Assembly: GCA_964016885.1 (NCBI GenBank)
Contig: CAXHJY010000384.1
Span: 1-64,000, forward strand
DNA length: 64,000 bases
Direction: 5' to 3'
Source: Eledone cirrhosa
Taxonomy: Eukaryota
Made by a program: the position numbers and the translations under genes. How positions within the stretch are numbered: position 1 is the stretch's first letter; each line of letters starts with the position of its first letter. Below the pieces are notes generated by a model. The model saw only the letters and a list, made by a program, of their open reading frames with translations. It searched no databases and was not told the DNA's origin. Positions 25,303 through 39,484 of the stretch are shown in pieces.

Positions 25303-26513
25303 AAATTCCAAACCTGGAAGCAGGGACTAGAGAGAAAGGGCCTCAAAGTCAACATGACAAAGACTAAGGTCCTTGTAAGTAGACGAGAAAACAGAACCCA
25401 GATCCCCTCAGGGAAATGGCCTTGCTCAGTATGTAGGAAAGGTGTAGGTAGGAACTCCATTCTCTGCCCCAAATGCAAACAATGGGTACACAAGAGATGT
25501 AGCGGGATCTCAGGAAGCTTAATTAAGAATGTAGGATTCACATGCAGCAGCTGTGCTGAAACAGCAAGCAAACAGCCACAGGAAACAAGTACTACCAATC
25601 TCTGGGAGGGCCCTGTAGAAACAGTAGACAGCTTCTGCTACCTAGGTGACCGAATTAGCAACAGAGGTGGGTGCTCAGAAGGTACAATAACTAGGGTAAG
25701 AACGGGATGGAAGAAGTTTAGGGAACTACTACCACTGCTAGCTGCAAAAGGCTTCTCCCTCAGAATGAAAGGCAGACTGTATGATGCGTGTATCCGAACA
25801 GCGATGTTGCATGGTAGTGAGACCTGGGCGCTGAAGGTGGAAGACTTACATAGATTAGAGAGAAACGAAGCCTGCATGCTCCGATGGATGTGTAACAGTA
25901 ATATACGTGAACGACAAAGCATAAAGGAATTGAGAGAGAGACTGAGCATAAGAGGAATCAAATGCTGCGTGCAGGAGAGGCGGTTACGCTGGTATGGACA
26001 TGTGATGCGTATGAAGGATGACAACTGCATAAAAAGGTGCAGAGCACTAGAAGTTGATGGAAACCGCGGAGTGGGGAGACCCAAGATGACTTGGGAAGAG
26101 GTGATAAAAGCCGACCTTACCCAACTACACCTCTCAAAGTCAATGACACACGACCGTGACTTCTGTCGTCACGCAGTAATACAGGGTACCCGACCTCCCA
26201 TGGGTACATGCTGAAGCATATAAACAATATGCCCCCACTCCCCCTCACTGCAAGGTGGTCGTGGAGGTTTCCCAGGCAAAAAAGCACCCAGCCCACACTG
26301 TAAAGTGGACGTGTAGGCGCCACGAAAAAGCACCCAGCACTCACTGTAAATGAGGTTGGTGTTAGGAAGGGCATCCAGCTGTAGAAATCAAGCCAGATCA
26401 GTTCCTGTATGAGCAAGGCATGGTCAGCCGACCAGACACTGCCCACAACAGGACAACCCGTCTAACCCATGCTAGCGTGGAAGAACGGACGTAAAACGGT
26501 GATGATGATGATG
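25303..26513 (+). mobile_element. 5'-truncated RTE LINE (subfamily C)
   Basis: ORF 25354-26214 (PHD insert, FCYLG, WYGHVMRM), ~300-nt 3' UTR, (ATG)n tail. Confidence 0.93.
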
Positions 26514-28192
26514 AGTTTTATATTATAGACCTAGAAGCAGTTTCAGGTGGGTTGATATAAAAAGAGATAATAGCAACATGGAAGGCTACTACTTTGCGAC
26601 ATCTACATCTGATCCTAGATTTATATATTGTAAAAGTATATAAGTTATATTACTAAATTCTTCCAAATTCTTCAATATTTTCAAAATGAATTTTAACACA
26701 GGCTATATATTTCATTTGAGATATGGTAAGAAAATGCTAATAAATAGCAATAATTTCAAAATCAACCTAGGGTAAAGTTGACTATCTAATCTTTTATATT
26801 GTCTACCCAGGATATTTAGAATATTACTTAAAAAGATCGGTGGTTCTATATGATAAAACTAAGGCAGTTTCAGGCAGTTTGGTATCAAAAGGGTTGTGTT
26901 TCATTTAATATATTTGTTCTTTAACATTCTAATTATTTTGCTTTCTATTTCTCAGAGATCAATAAGTGCAAGTAAGATGCTAGGATTAAACCTTTCCTTA
27001 TATGATTTGGTTTTGGCCTGAGTCAAAACAATACAATACAATATATGGACATGTAACTCCTGATGGAGTCATAGTGATACATACCATATCTTGAACTGTC
27101 TAAACCTGGCAGGGCCCATCCTGAGAGAGAGAGAGAGGGGGGGGGGGAGAAGGCAAGAGAGAATCGACCATTTTTTTTTTTATTGAACTCAAAGCACAAC
27201 GAGCCACCCAAAATGAATACCACAAACCCTTCTATCCAACGTTCTAACTATGCTAATTTGCCACTTTCAATATATATATGTAGGTAGGTTTAATCATTAA
27301 GTTGCATCACAATACATATCTATATCATTTCTACAACTGCTTGAGTGGCTCATTCCTCCTTATCTGCAAATATGGTAGCCAAACAATATTGCTATTTCTA
27401 CATTCCTCATAAGAGATTCATAAAATAGTATGAAAATTTAAATCAATAAACAGGAGAAAGAAAAACCATCATGTCAACATGCCAACTTGTACATTCACTG
27501 ATACTTCCGAGGTATTAGGATATTTATGTTAAAGCTAAATCAGCAGAAACTAAAAATATGGATCTTAAAATATTAACAAGAAACAGAAATGTATATATAA
27601 AAAACGACAACATAGGAACAAATAAAGTAAACATCAAGTGAAGAAATATAAAACAATGTTAATACCAATCTCACTGCTAGATTTAGTGCAGGTTGGCCAG
27701 CCATGGAAAGGATGAGGAGAGGGAGATATGAAGATATTGAGTTTCAGTTTCACGACTTGTACACTATATACATCTTAACACACTACCAGTCAAATTGGAA
27801 CCATCAAGATCAGATCATGGTAATATGACAATTTCCGGAAGTGAAATGGCACAGAAAAATATAGCCACACAGGCTAGAATATATAGCCTTTAGCAAACAT
27901 TACTCAGCTTTAATGATGAGGATGATGATATATCTAAGCCATAGATTAAATATGATACACTCATGAATTTACAATTCAAGTTAGATTGGATTTCATATAT
28001 ATCAGAGTGGTGGAATGGCAGAACTGGTAGTGTGCCAGACTAATTGCTTTGTGATTATTAATAAAGTCCTTTTATGTGCCTCAGTTGAAATCCCACTGGG
28101 GTTGATTCTTCCTTTTATCACCTTCGGGGTGATAAACTACATACTCCGTTTAGTTATTTGAATCAACTTTATCACCTCTATAGCAAAGCCCC

Positions 28193-28223
<31 letters not shown>

Positions 28224-29582
28224 AAAAACTAACAAAAACATCTAACTTCCTCATCAGCCACACCCTGGGCAATGAAATTTCATGCATAAGGGTGGGCATA
28301 ATACTGAGCTCAGACACCATGGAGGCTTAGAACAAGCTGTCATTAAGATGCATATGAGACAACACATTAATATAGAGATATGGGACAAATGAATGTCTTT
28401 CGAGTAGGACAGTAAAGCAAGTACTTAAACAAATAACATTAAAAGTCAACAAACTGACACTTACCAAAAATTGATCAGTTTGAAGCTATAATTAAAAAAA
28501 AAACACTTGCTCAAGGTGCCACACAATGTGATAGAACCGAAAAGCACCTGAATATGAAGAGAACTTAAACACACAGCTATGCCTATTACATGTTTATGTA
28601 TATACTGGAACAGCATATACTAGAGGTTTTCAGGTAAATTTAATGTAGATATAACTAGAGTTTTTGAATTAACAGGCTTCATTGTGTAAAAAAAAATTAA
28701 TTGTAAATACTTTAAACAATTTTTATGTGCACAGAAAAACATGTTTACACTTCACTCTTTTAACAAAGGCTTCTAATTTAAAAACTGTAGTTATATCTAC
28801 ATTAAATTTATCACAAATCTTCATAAAATACACACCCACAAACACACACTTCATTTAAAAAGTAGCCTCAATTGGTCTTGAAAGTACAAGTCAAATAAAT
28901 CATTCTGTCCTCATGTCTTCACCCCTCTCATTTCTTGTATTACTGAACTAGCCCGCCCCACTAAATCAAGGTATCAACACTGCTGAGGTGAACCACCTGA
29001 CTTGGCAACTTAGATTGTTTTCTTTGCCAAGGGGCGGTGAGGTGGTAGTGTTGGGTTGGTGGTGGGACGCCAGTTATCTAGCAGTCATAAAAAAATGTGG
29101 CCATCATAAACATGGCAAATCCATAACATATAAACATTTTTTTACAAACCCCTCTCGCTCTGGAATATAACTGTACTACTTCATCTACTACAATATAATC
29201 ACAACACTAACCTTTATCACAGGTAATAATATCAACAGACTATGGATATACAACCAAAACAACAAAAACAAAAGTGCCCCAGAGTAGGGGTGGACGAGTA
29301 AGTGGAGGGTTTTTTTTTTTTTTTATAAGCAAGAGAGTTTATTAATGATATTAACCCTCCCACCCCATTTCTGGTAGAGTTCTACTTGAGAAACAAACAA
29401 TTCTGTCAAGATAACAGTTCAGTAACAGGATTTATAATGAAGTCCTCCACTCACCTATCTACACAATGAACCTTGATGATTATTTATATATTACTGTTTA
29501 GCTGGTTTAAAAAATTTGGCTCTTTATGTATGCACGTGTGTGTGGGTGTGGGTGTGTGCGCACATGTATATATATATGTATA

Positions 29583-30198
29583 TATAGTAATGTGTGCGAA
29601 CGGAAAAGCATAAACGAATTGAGAGAGAGAGAGACTAAGAATAAGAGAAGATTGCGTTGGTATGGCCATGTGATGCGTATGAAGGACGACAGCTGTATAA
29701 AAAAAAGTGCAGGGCAATGAAAATTGATGGAAGCTACGGAGTGGGTAGACCAAGAAAAACTTGGGACAAGGTGATAAAAACTGACCTTGCTCACCTACAC
29801 CTCTCCAAGACAATGTCACTGGATCAAGATCTTTGGTGTCATGCAGTTGTACAGAAGATCTGCCTTCCCTTGCATACAAACCTACAGTCAGTAGGTACCT
29901 CTTAATCCAATATACACCCCACCCCACACACCCTACTCTATCCTCCCATTTCCGTTCCGTCCACTGTGTCGATGACAACAGTCCACACCGTAAAGTGGTT
30001 GTGTAGAAGACAGGGTAAAAAGGCTCTCAGTCCACACTGTAAATGTGGTTGGTGTAAAGAAGGGCATCCAGCTGTAAAAAACCTGCCAAAGATACTTCCA
30101 TACAAGCGAGACACAGTATCTAACTATTCCCGCATCAAATGGAACAAAACCATCTAACCCATGCTAGCATGGAAGATGGACGTTAAACGATGATGATA
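29583..30198 (+). mobile_element. Older RTE (B/C-like) 3' fragment
   Basis: ERKSINELRE...WYGHVMRMKDD, 3' UTR and ATG tail similar to 16200-16890. Confidence 0.85.
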
Positions 30199-30529
30199 TT
30201 CCAAGTAAAAAGTGTTGCTTGATCAAGCAATCAACCAACTGTAGTGTAAGCAGATGTCAGCACCCCACGACATGAGTCCCTTAAGGTATTGCTTATAAGG
30301 TATAAGGCGGAGTGTCAATATTATATACATCTACTGTTTATTACATCATCCTGTTATGCATATTTCAAAGACATCAAAGTGGTTGCGTAATAATCATTTG
30401 ATGTGTTGTCATCAGACAGGTATTTAGGTGTAATATTTTGTTTTTGATATGTTTGCCATAGTATGGAACATGATGTTGGCAGTACGGCTATAAGCAGCCC
30501 TCCAACATTTCCTCAACCTATCCCCATCA

Positions 30530-31500
30530 CCTCAACCATCCACCTCCATCCATATCTGTCTGGCCGAGCTGGTCCTCACCCTCAACTGTGTCTCTTTCTT
30601 GGGTGAGATATACCAACAGCTGATTGGGGTCACCATGGGCACAAGAATGTGGTCCATCTAGGCCAACTTATTCATTGGCTATGTTGAGGCCCACATCTTT
30701 TTCTAATATACCAGCACCACTCCCAAGCAATCCAGACGTTATATTGATGACTGAATCAGCACTGCATCACTCCTGAGTACAGCCCAACTCCTTCCTCTGT
30801 TCCTTTCACTTCATCCTTGACTTCAGCACTCCAATAGCTCCCTTATCATGTCAGCCTACTTTACACCAACTGACTCCCATGCTTACCGTGACTTCACCTT
30901 CTCCCATCCAACCCACACCAAACACTCCATCCCCTACTCCCGTGGAGTCAACCGCACCTCGCCTTAACACCATGACATCCCCCCCCACTACCAACCATCT
31001 ACTATTTCCCTTTACCTATCACCCTAGCACCTTGTCCCTTCATAGGCAATCCGTCTCCAGTCAAATCCCTCTACCGCTCCCCTTTTCCCTTCCCTCCACC
31101 CTTTTATACATGCACGTAACATTAGGAATCTACTCAATGGCAGTTCCCTCCCTCCTTCCAACTTCTCTCTTGGATCCCATCCCGGTGCCACACATGCAGT
31201 TTCATCACACACACACACACACACACATTGGACAAAACAGCCACATCTTTCATGTTAGGGACACTTTCAGTTACACTTCCACAAGCCTTGTCTATGGGAT
31301 CTGATGCATTGGCCATATACATTGGTCAAACTGGCTGACAGATTTGCTGAACATCTGGGTCAACAACCCATTTCCGCACTGCCGGTCATTCGACATGTTA
31401 GCTTATTTTTTTTTTTTTTACTCACTTCCTGCACCAGACCTCCAGACATGTGTCCCAGCGGGAACAGAAGCTTATTTCATTTTCTAAATACATCTACCCC
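30530..31500 (+). mobile_element. Decayed Penelope-like element (RT + GIY-YIG remnants)
   Basis: Across frames: LAELVLTLN, YQQLIGVTMGTRM, ANLFIGYVE, RYIDD, PTDSH, FTYHP, LVYGI*C, YIGQTG, DRFAEHL. Confidence 0.8.
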
Positions 31501-32410
31501 TCTTCCTCTAATCTGCTTTTCCCACCGCATCCAGTATCCTCCCTTATCCACACAGAAATACTCACACACTGAGAGACATACAACAAAAACCTTTAACGCA
31601 ATAAGTGAACACAGACACACACATCAGCACACTCATTTCTCACTTAGCATTGTATAGTATGGTTGCTATGACAATTTAACAGATTTTTTTGTGTATTTCA
31701 ATTTCAGCTGACTACCTTGAAATTGAGTTTTGTTTTTTTAATTAACCGATACACAATGAATATATACATATTTGTCACTAATAACATCTTTTATATTTGA
31801 TACATACATAGAGAAACCACACACATACACAATGTTAATACAGCAAGACACACTTAAACACCACCACAAACAATGTATAAACCATTCCACCAATATATTT
31901 GGTGATACAAATAATTTAAACAACACACAGTGTATTGTATTGCTTTTTCAACAATTACTTTAATCTTATTTTGTTCCATCACCAATGTGATTTAGGTCAA
32001 CCATATCTGATCATCACAACAAAATCTTCAATATCATTCCCACTCCATCATCATATTCACTACCCTATCATCAAAATATGACACGTGCCCTACTTTTTTA
32101 TACTTCTTCATTCGTACATACACCCTTTACACCACTCTACTCACAGACCTCCATCCCTCTCTCTGTTTATACATCAACATACAACAGACCAGTTTGACAA
32201 TTGCCACCAAATATGAGAAAGTTACCCAGAAAGTTAAGGACTTAAAGTGCTCCACAGAAGTTAACAAGGACTTACCAGAAGTAATATCAATAATGACTTA
32301 CTGTACAGATTTGAATTATTAAAGCACACCAACCACCAGTGAAGTCATTCTCTTTTTTCAAATATATCTTACTGTACCAAGGAATTTCCTCAATTTTCTA
32401 TTATATATAT

Positions 32411-32742
32411 GGAGGCACATGGCTTAGTGGTTAGAGCATTGGGCTTGCAATCGAATGGTTGTGAGTTCAATTCTCAGACCGGGTGATGTGTTGTTTCCTT
32501 GAGCAAGACACTTTATTTCACATTGCTCCAGTTTACTCAGCTGTAGAAATGAGATGATAGGACTGGGGTCCATATCATTCCACTGCAAAGTGGTTGTGGA
32601 GGTGCCACGGCAAAAAATCACCCAGCACTCACTGTAAATGAAGTTGGTGTTAGGAAGGGCATCCAGCTGTAGAAATCAAGCCAGAGTCAGTTCCCATCCC
32701 ACACTTGCAAGCAGGGAAAAGCGGACGTATGATGATGATGAT
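32411..32742 (+). mobile_element. CORE-like tRNA SINE family 2 with RTE-A tail
   Basis: A box TGGCTTAGTGG, B box GAGTTCAATTC, CORE-like ccttgagcaagacactt...ctcagctgtagaaatg, RTE-C-like UTR segment, RTE-A 3' end. Confidence 0.85.
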
Positions 32743-35645
32743 ATATATGTTACAGAACCAATGACATGCATCTTGAAGTGTTTGGTGGACAACTGGTGTT
32801 GATGTAAGAGCTTATAAGTAGAAAAAAGAAGTTTTGAAAGCTGTCTTGATATAAAGATCTAAATGCAGGCTAAATAGAGCTTCTTTGTCAACTCACTGGT
32901 AATATCTTTAAAAAACCTATGATCTTTACAGAACTTAGTGACATCTTAGTAAAATGACTGCACAGAAAAGAATAAACTTTATGGCAATTACAATCATCTG
33001 TTTGTTACAAGATAAGGTGAATGAAAGACAACTAAGCTGAACAGTTTTCATTGAATGACAGTATCGGTAGAGGGTCGGACGCCATGCTTTCCAGCATAGT
33101 TACGTCCCTTTACGATCTGAGTTCAAATCCCGCCGAGGTTGATTTTCCTTTCATCCTTACGGGGTCAATAAAATAAAGTACCAGTAATGCACTGGGTATT
33201 TGCTGCCTTGTGCCTAAAGTAGAAACAATTATTGATATAATAATACAATAGATCCCAAGATTCTCACATGTCATGTTATTTTCACCAAAAACACTGTTTC
33301 TTAACCTATTTTTTTATTGATTCTTAATTATATTCTTGTGAGAAATCAATGGAAGCTCAATCCTGAGTGAACATAACAAATGTAGTAGTAGTCGCAGCAG
33401 CAGTAGAAGCACCTTCTCTGACAAGGTTACAGAGCTAAATATGTTGGAGGAAATGACATATTTGATTAGATTCACTACTTAGAGATCATGAAACAGGTAC
33501 CAGAAAGTCGCTAATAAAAAATACATATTGGCCCCTGTCAAGGACATGATAACCTATCTAGCACTGGTACCATGATCAAATGCATCTAGTACACTCTGTA
33601 AAGTGGTTGGCATTAGAAAGAATATCCAGTTGTAGAAACGTTGCTCAAATATAGAACCTAGTCTTGAACAGTGATGACCCATCCAATTCATGCCAGCATG
33701 GAAAGCAGATGTAAAAATAAACTTTGATGATGAATTGCCTTAATTCTTTCCATCTCAATATTATAATAAACTATCGTCCCTGTTTAGATCTTGTACATTG
33801 GCTAATGTAACATGGACTTTATCAGAGCAGTGTTCTGAAAAATTTGTATTTTCCTTTCAAAACAAACTATTGATAATTTTAACTGTGACTAATGGAATAT
33901 ATAAAAACTTGATTCAGTATAAACAGCTCAGCTGATTTTTATTAGTCGTGACTAATAGGAAAAGTTTACCGAATTGTTAGCATAAGTCAGTCATTCATTG
34001 AGCTTAACTGGTCATTGTGGTTTGGTTTCAACAGCTCTACTAAATTTATTTAGTATCTCACTTAAAAAAAAAAAAGGGTAAGTGGTTGATGATGAAACTT
34101 GCACAAAACAAAAACCTTCTCTACCCAATACACAAACTTTTATTTTTTAAATATATTAACCCTTTTATGATCAAACACCTAATGAAATGTACCATATTCT
34201 AATTACTTAATGAAGAATTTGGAGGGATTGACTAAAATTATTATTTCATCAAGATGGTATTTGTAACAAAACAAAAGATTCTCATATGAAGTTATGTTAG
34301 AAAGTTTTGAACAGAAACCCTTTAAAATGAGTGGCTTTATTTCATTAGAACCAGAGACAGTTTTGGGCAGGTTAGTATTAAAATTATTTTTTTTGTGCTG
34401 ATACAGATCATCACAAGTTCCTCTACACTTTAGATTTTTTCAGTGTTACACATCCATACAGAGAACATTCTTATCTTTTTAGATTAGTAGCAAGCAGAAA
34501 GCTACTACTTTCAATGAGATACTGGACTGTTATAATATATGTGGGAAATGACCTAAAATGGAAATACAAGATAAGACACCTACTTAAGACAGGGCAGGGT
34601 GGTAATTGTTCCATCACAAATTAGAAATATGGAATTCTCTTTATTCCGGATTCAAAAGTGACACTACAACATCCGGTAATGTTAAACAACAGCAATAAAG
34701 ACATCTATTCACAAGGAAAAAAATGTTAGCATTAAATTAATCTTGACCCAATTTACTGTTACTAAATTTAAAATCTGAAAATTGAAAACTGGTCAGCCAA
34801 GACAGCCGACTCCGCACATTTGCAGTAACAGGGTAGGCTGAAAAGTTCATAGGCCAACTATGAAGGAGTGATGCTAGAGCTGTGAAATCTTGCACACAAT
34901 TTCAACTCTCCTTATTAATTGTTTCTTTCCAGGGACTATGTTGAAAAATACACTTCATTTGGTTGGTGCATGAGAGTATCTTGGTTAGCCTATGAACTTT
35001 TCAGCTGATCCTCTACAAATTTTTAACATTAAAAAAAAAAAAATAATAGTACTATTAAGTTAGACATGGCCTGGGCCAATACTGGCTATTAAGGTTATCA
35101 AAGTTATAATACTTTTATCTCATGGTGAAACCCCAAGACTCAGTCTTTAATGAGAAGATAAATTTAGGACAGGTATAATGATAATCTTTTGAAAGGACAA
35201 ATTAGTCATCTGTGATAGTTAACCCTTTTCATAGCAAACCCTTCTTATTCTGACCCTGTTTGTATAATATAAACCTGTTTATTTTATTATTAATATTTAT
35301 CTAAAATCATTCCATCATAATTTTATGTAAGAGCCTTTGTTAAGACATGCTCCAAACAGCAATTTGATAATCAGAAAGTTAGTTATATTACTAAATCCCT
35401 TCCAACCCTTGCTTATTTCCCTAATTTAAAAAAAAAAATCATAGGCAGTGATTTTTATTAGAAATTTGGTAATGAATGGGTTAATAGTTTTACAAGCTGT
35501 TCATTCACATATATTTTCTCATGATAACATAGGTGATCTTGTGTGTTTTTGTAGCAATGGTATTTACAGCTGGATGCCCTGCCTACCACAAACCTCTAAA
35601 TCATGATGCTGAGGAAACTGGAACAAGCCAATTATGTATATGCAC

Positions 35646-38600
35646 TATAATAAATAATAATAATGAAATATTGAGTACAGTGCTCAGGTGCACTACAACT
35701 CATCAAAAAGTGTATGTATAGTACATAGGGTAATGTACAAACATCAGGAAAATGAACAGTGCATGAGTCATGATATACACGTGTGCATGTGTATGGAAAG
35801 GGTACATCAGGTGTAGTTTTGGCGTATTTCGGGAAGCATGAGTGTCTTAAAGGATGCAGTGTCTCGGCAGCTAACAACTGACGCAGGCAGTTTGTTCCAT
35901 GCTTCAGCAACTCTGAGGGTGAAAAAATGTTTACGAAAGTCATGGGAGCTGTGCTGTTTTCTGATTTTGTAGGCATGTCCACATGTGTTAGACACAGATA
36001 TCAAAAAGGTGCTCAGGGTTGCAATTGGCGAGATGGTTAATAACTTTGTGGGTATTTACCAAGTCCATTGCCAGACGTTGGAGCTTCAATGAATCCATGC
36101 CCAGGGAAGCAAGGCGTTCAGAGTATGGTAGGTGTCTGATGGAAGGTATGCGCTTGGTTGCACGTCTCTAGACAGTTTCCAGGAGGTCAATGTTCTGAGC
36201 AAGATAGGGGGTTCCAGACTGATGTGAATTCCAAGTGTGGTCGTACCATAGCTGTATACAGTTTTAAATAGATGGCTGGAGAGCAGCTAACAAAGGTCTT
36301 GCTGAGTGATGCCAAGACACCCTCGGCCTTCTTGACAATCTTAGAGACATACTTTGTCCAACGCAAATCGCTGCTGACAGTAATGCCCAGGTCACGTTCA
36401 CAAGAGGACTTCTTGATATCAGTGTTGTGGAGGGAGTATGTGGACGCTGGATTTTTCCTCCCAAAATACATGGTGGTACACTTGTCCACAGCCAGCTTCA
36501 GTTGCCAGTCTGTCATCCATTGCTGCATTGTGTCCAGGTCTGATTGTAGGAAAGAGTTGTAGATTTCAGGATCAGTCCTTTTGATTTCAAGGTACAGCTT
36601 GATGTCATCTGAATATTTCAGTACCTTGGCATTCTGTAAGTTGACATCTATGTCATTTATATATGCCACAAACAAAAGGGGACCAAGAACAGATCCCTGT
36701 GGTACACCAGATGACATCTCATATGGTGAAGAATGCTGTCCTAGAACCGTGACTACCTCTTTTCGGCTGAGAATGAAGGATTTCAACCAGTCGAAAAGAT
36801 CATCCTTCACACCCATTGCAGAGAGTTTTGCCATAAGTCTTTTGTGTGGCACAGAATTAAAAGACTTAGCAAAGTCAAGGTAAACAACATCCACCCATGA
36901 GCCGCTGTCAGTGATCCGGGTGATGTCTTCAAGGAACTCGATAAGCTGATCACAGCAGCTGGTGTTAGGGATAAATCCAAACTGTGAGGGCCGGTTGAGG
37001 CTGTGAGAGCTCCAGAAGTTCCAAAGTGTTTCTCTGACACAGGATTCCATCAGTTTGGCCATACAGCTAGTAAGACTGACTGGACGATAGTTGACAGGTG
37101 ACATGCGGTTGCCCTTTTTGAACAGGGGAATGACACTGGCAGTTTTCCACTGCTCCGGAGTAGCACCATTGTTGAGACAGTATTGAAAGAAGAAAGAAAG
37201 CTGGCGCAAAAGGAAATACCCGCCACGTTTGAGAAGCAGGTATGTAACATCAAGACCAGGGGAGGCATAGTTGCACTTATTCTTAAGGTGACGTCGCAAC
37301 ATTGCAGGTGTAAATTCCATAGTTGTTATGGAATTTGATGTTCGAGATGGTGGAGATGGTACATTCTGGTTTTCAACAGTAAAAATACTTGCATAGCACT
37401 CAGCAATGAGTTCTGCGCATTCTTTGGGATCATCGGTGATCTGGCTTGTGTGGGGATTGCGAAGAGGACCAACTGGAGAGTGAGGTCTCTGCTTTGAATG
37501 AACATATTTCCAGAACACATTACTGTCAGGATTGGTTGCTATGCACTGTTCAAATTCAAGTACTGCCTTCTTTGTCACTTGCTTGAGATGGTTAGAAGAT
37601 TTATTCCGCTTTTTTCTGTTGGCATCTGATTTATGCAGTTTATATTCCCGTTCAGCATTCCGACGTTCTTTCCTGGCAAGTCGGACTGCTGAAGTTTCCC
37701 AAATTGCACTTTTGGGGTGGTTTTTTTTCTGCTTACGTGGCATCGATGCTGCACACGCTATCCATATTGAGTCCAGGATGCTCTGGAGTATAGTGTTCAC
37801 ATCTCCAGAGTTATACATCTCATGCCAGTTTGGGTGCTGTAGCTCAGTGCAGTACAAGTTCCAATCTGCTTTCTTCCAATCAAAGCAAGCAGATTGGAGA
37901 TGGCTCTGGTTTTTGTTGCTGCCCGCAAGAGCCAGATTGGCAATGATAAAAGCATGATCAGAGTCGCCTAGAGGTTCCTCAGTAGTACAACTGATAACCA
38001 CTTCAGGAGTAGTGGTGAAGATCAGGTCCAACGTGTTGTCACCTCTTGTTGAAGAGGTGACTACTTGTGACCAGTTCAAGGAAATCGTTTGCACCTTGTG
38101 GCCAACGAAAAGTTTCCCAATTGATCTCAGGATGATTGAAGTCACCTGCAATAAACACATAAGTGGCTGTTTTCTTGGCAGTAACTCTGAGGATATCGCA
38201 AAGCTGTGTGTCCTGATGGTAGTTTTGGGAGGGGGGGGGGGCGATAAACAACACCAAGCAGAAGTGTTGACATGGTCATACGTATGTCACAGAAAAAAAC
38301 TTCTTCCTGTGATTCGTTCAAATCAACGCAAGGAATTACCGAAAAGTTTGAACCAACGTAGACCATCACACCACCACCACGGCGATTAATGCGGTCCTTG
38401 CGGAAAAGGTTGTACCCAGTAATGCTGAAAACCCCATCACAGAGTAAGGAATGTGCCCATGTTTCCGTGACCGTGATGAAGTCAGGGTCGATGCTTCTGA
38501 CGTAGGAGCCAAACAGATGTATCTTGTTGCATAAACTGCGAGCATTTAAGGACAACAATTTGTACCCTGCTTGCAGTTTATGATGGTGTGTAGAGGGTGG

Positions 38601-39175
38601 CAGGTTGTTCTGGTTTAGTTTCCCAGAGTTGTTGCAGTTTTTTTCATTGCCAGTTATTGTGGGTAGAGCACACTCAGACCAGGTGGTATCTCTCTTCCAC
38701 GTTTCACCAGCCTTAACAAACCTCCAGATCTGCCCATCATCACGCAGACTAAAACTTTCATGTTGTGCTGAGTTCCGATTCAAGGAAGCTGCAGCATGGA
38801 GCTTTGGACGTACATGGGGTGGTAGGTCTGGGCGTGTTCGGAAGGTAATCCGATTTTCACACCCAGCTTTAACAGAGGCCTGATGGTATGAGATTGCCTC
38901 AGTGGGGTCCGAAAAAGACAGCCTGGTGAGTCTGGGTTTGGGACCAGGTCGACCAAGACAGAGAGCACCCCTTTGGGGAACACAGCTTAGGTCTTTGGCT
39001 GAGCTGGCAGCAAATGCCTGAAGATCTGCCTTGTCCTCTGGTACCCCAATGGTAATTACTTCATGGGTAGCAGATTCTGCAGTCTTCTCAGTGTGCCTAG
39101 ATACGGCAAGACGTACAGGGAGATTCTTTAGCAAGGCATTCCGATAAGACCCCTCATTGTTCAACAATAGTTGTT
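35646..39175 (-). mobile_element. CR1-clade LINE: ORF1 C-terminal part, APE, RT, (ATT)n tail; decayed
   Basis: APE LNARSL, TETW, RKDR..RGGGV, AGDFN, LDLIFT, GDSDH; RT VYLDFAKSF, SGVPQGSVLGP, YSDD, ERDLG, VRPHLE; C-terminal GHAYKI...FFTLRVAEAWNKLP. Several homopolymer frameshifts. Confidence 0.92.
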
Positions 39176-39484
39176 GGGAAGTTTTGAACTGATAACTATA
39201 TATTCAATAGTTACACCATAAACTTAGAGCCATCAAGTGAGCATCCACCAGTTTCAGAAGTATCAATTAAACCATGTGCTGCAAGCATAGCTTATTATTT
39301 ACATTAAACAAAGCAACTAAGACATTTAGAACAAGGACACATTTCATTCTTGTTGTTAAATGTTGTTAATGTAAACCATCTAAATACCACTTATTTTCCT
39401 GATATTTGGGAGTCTTTCAGATGACATTAAGAAAGGTTGTTGATATAACTACATTATAAAATGACATTTTGACACCATACTTAC

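Noticed and set aside
28189-28225. Long C/G homopolymers as G-quadruplex elements (also ~2874, 38231, 58427)
   Set aside because: Simple homopolymer expansions inside repeats, and prone to assembly error.
32265-32375. Cluster of minus-strand GTAAG donor-like sites
   Set aside because: No convincing acceptor or open frame to pair them with.
32411-32485. tRNA gene
   Set aside because: A/B boxes present, but the sequence continues into a SINE body and tail; no full cloverleaf.
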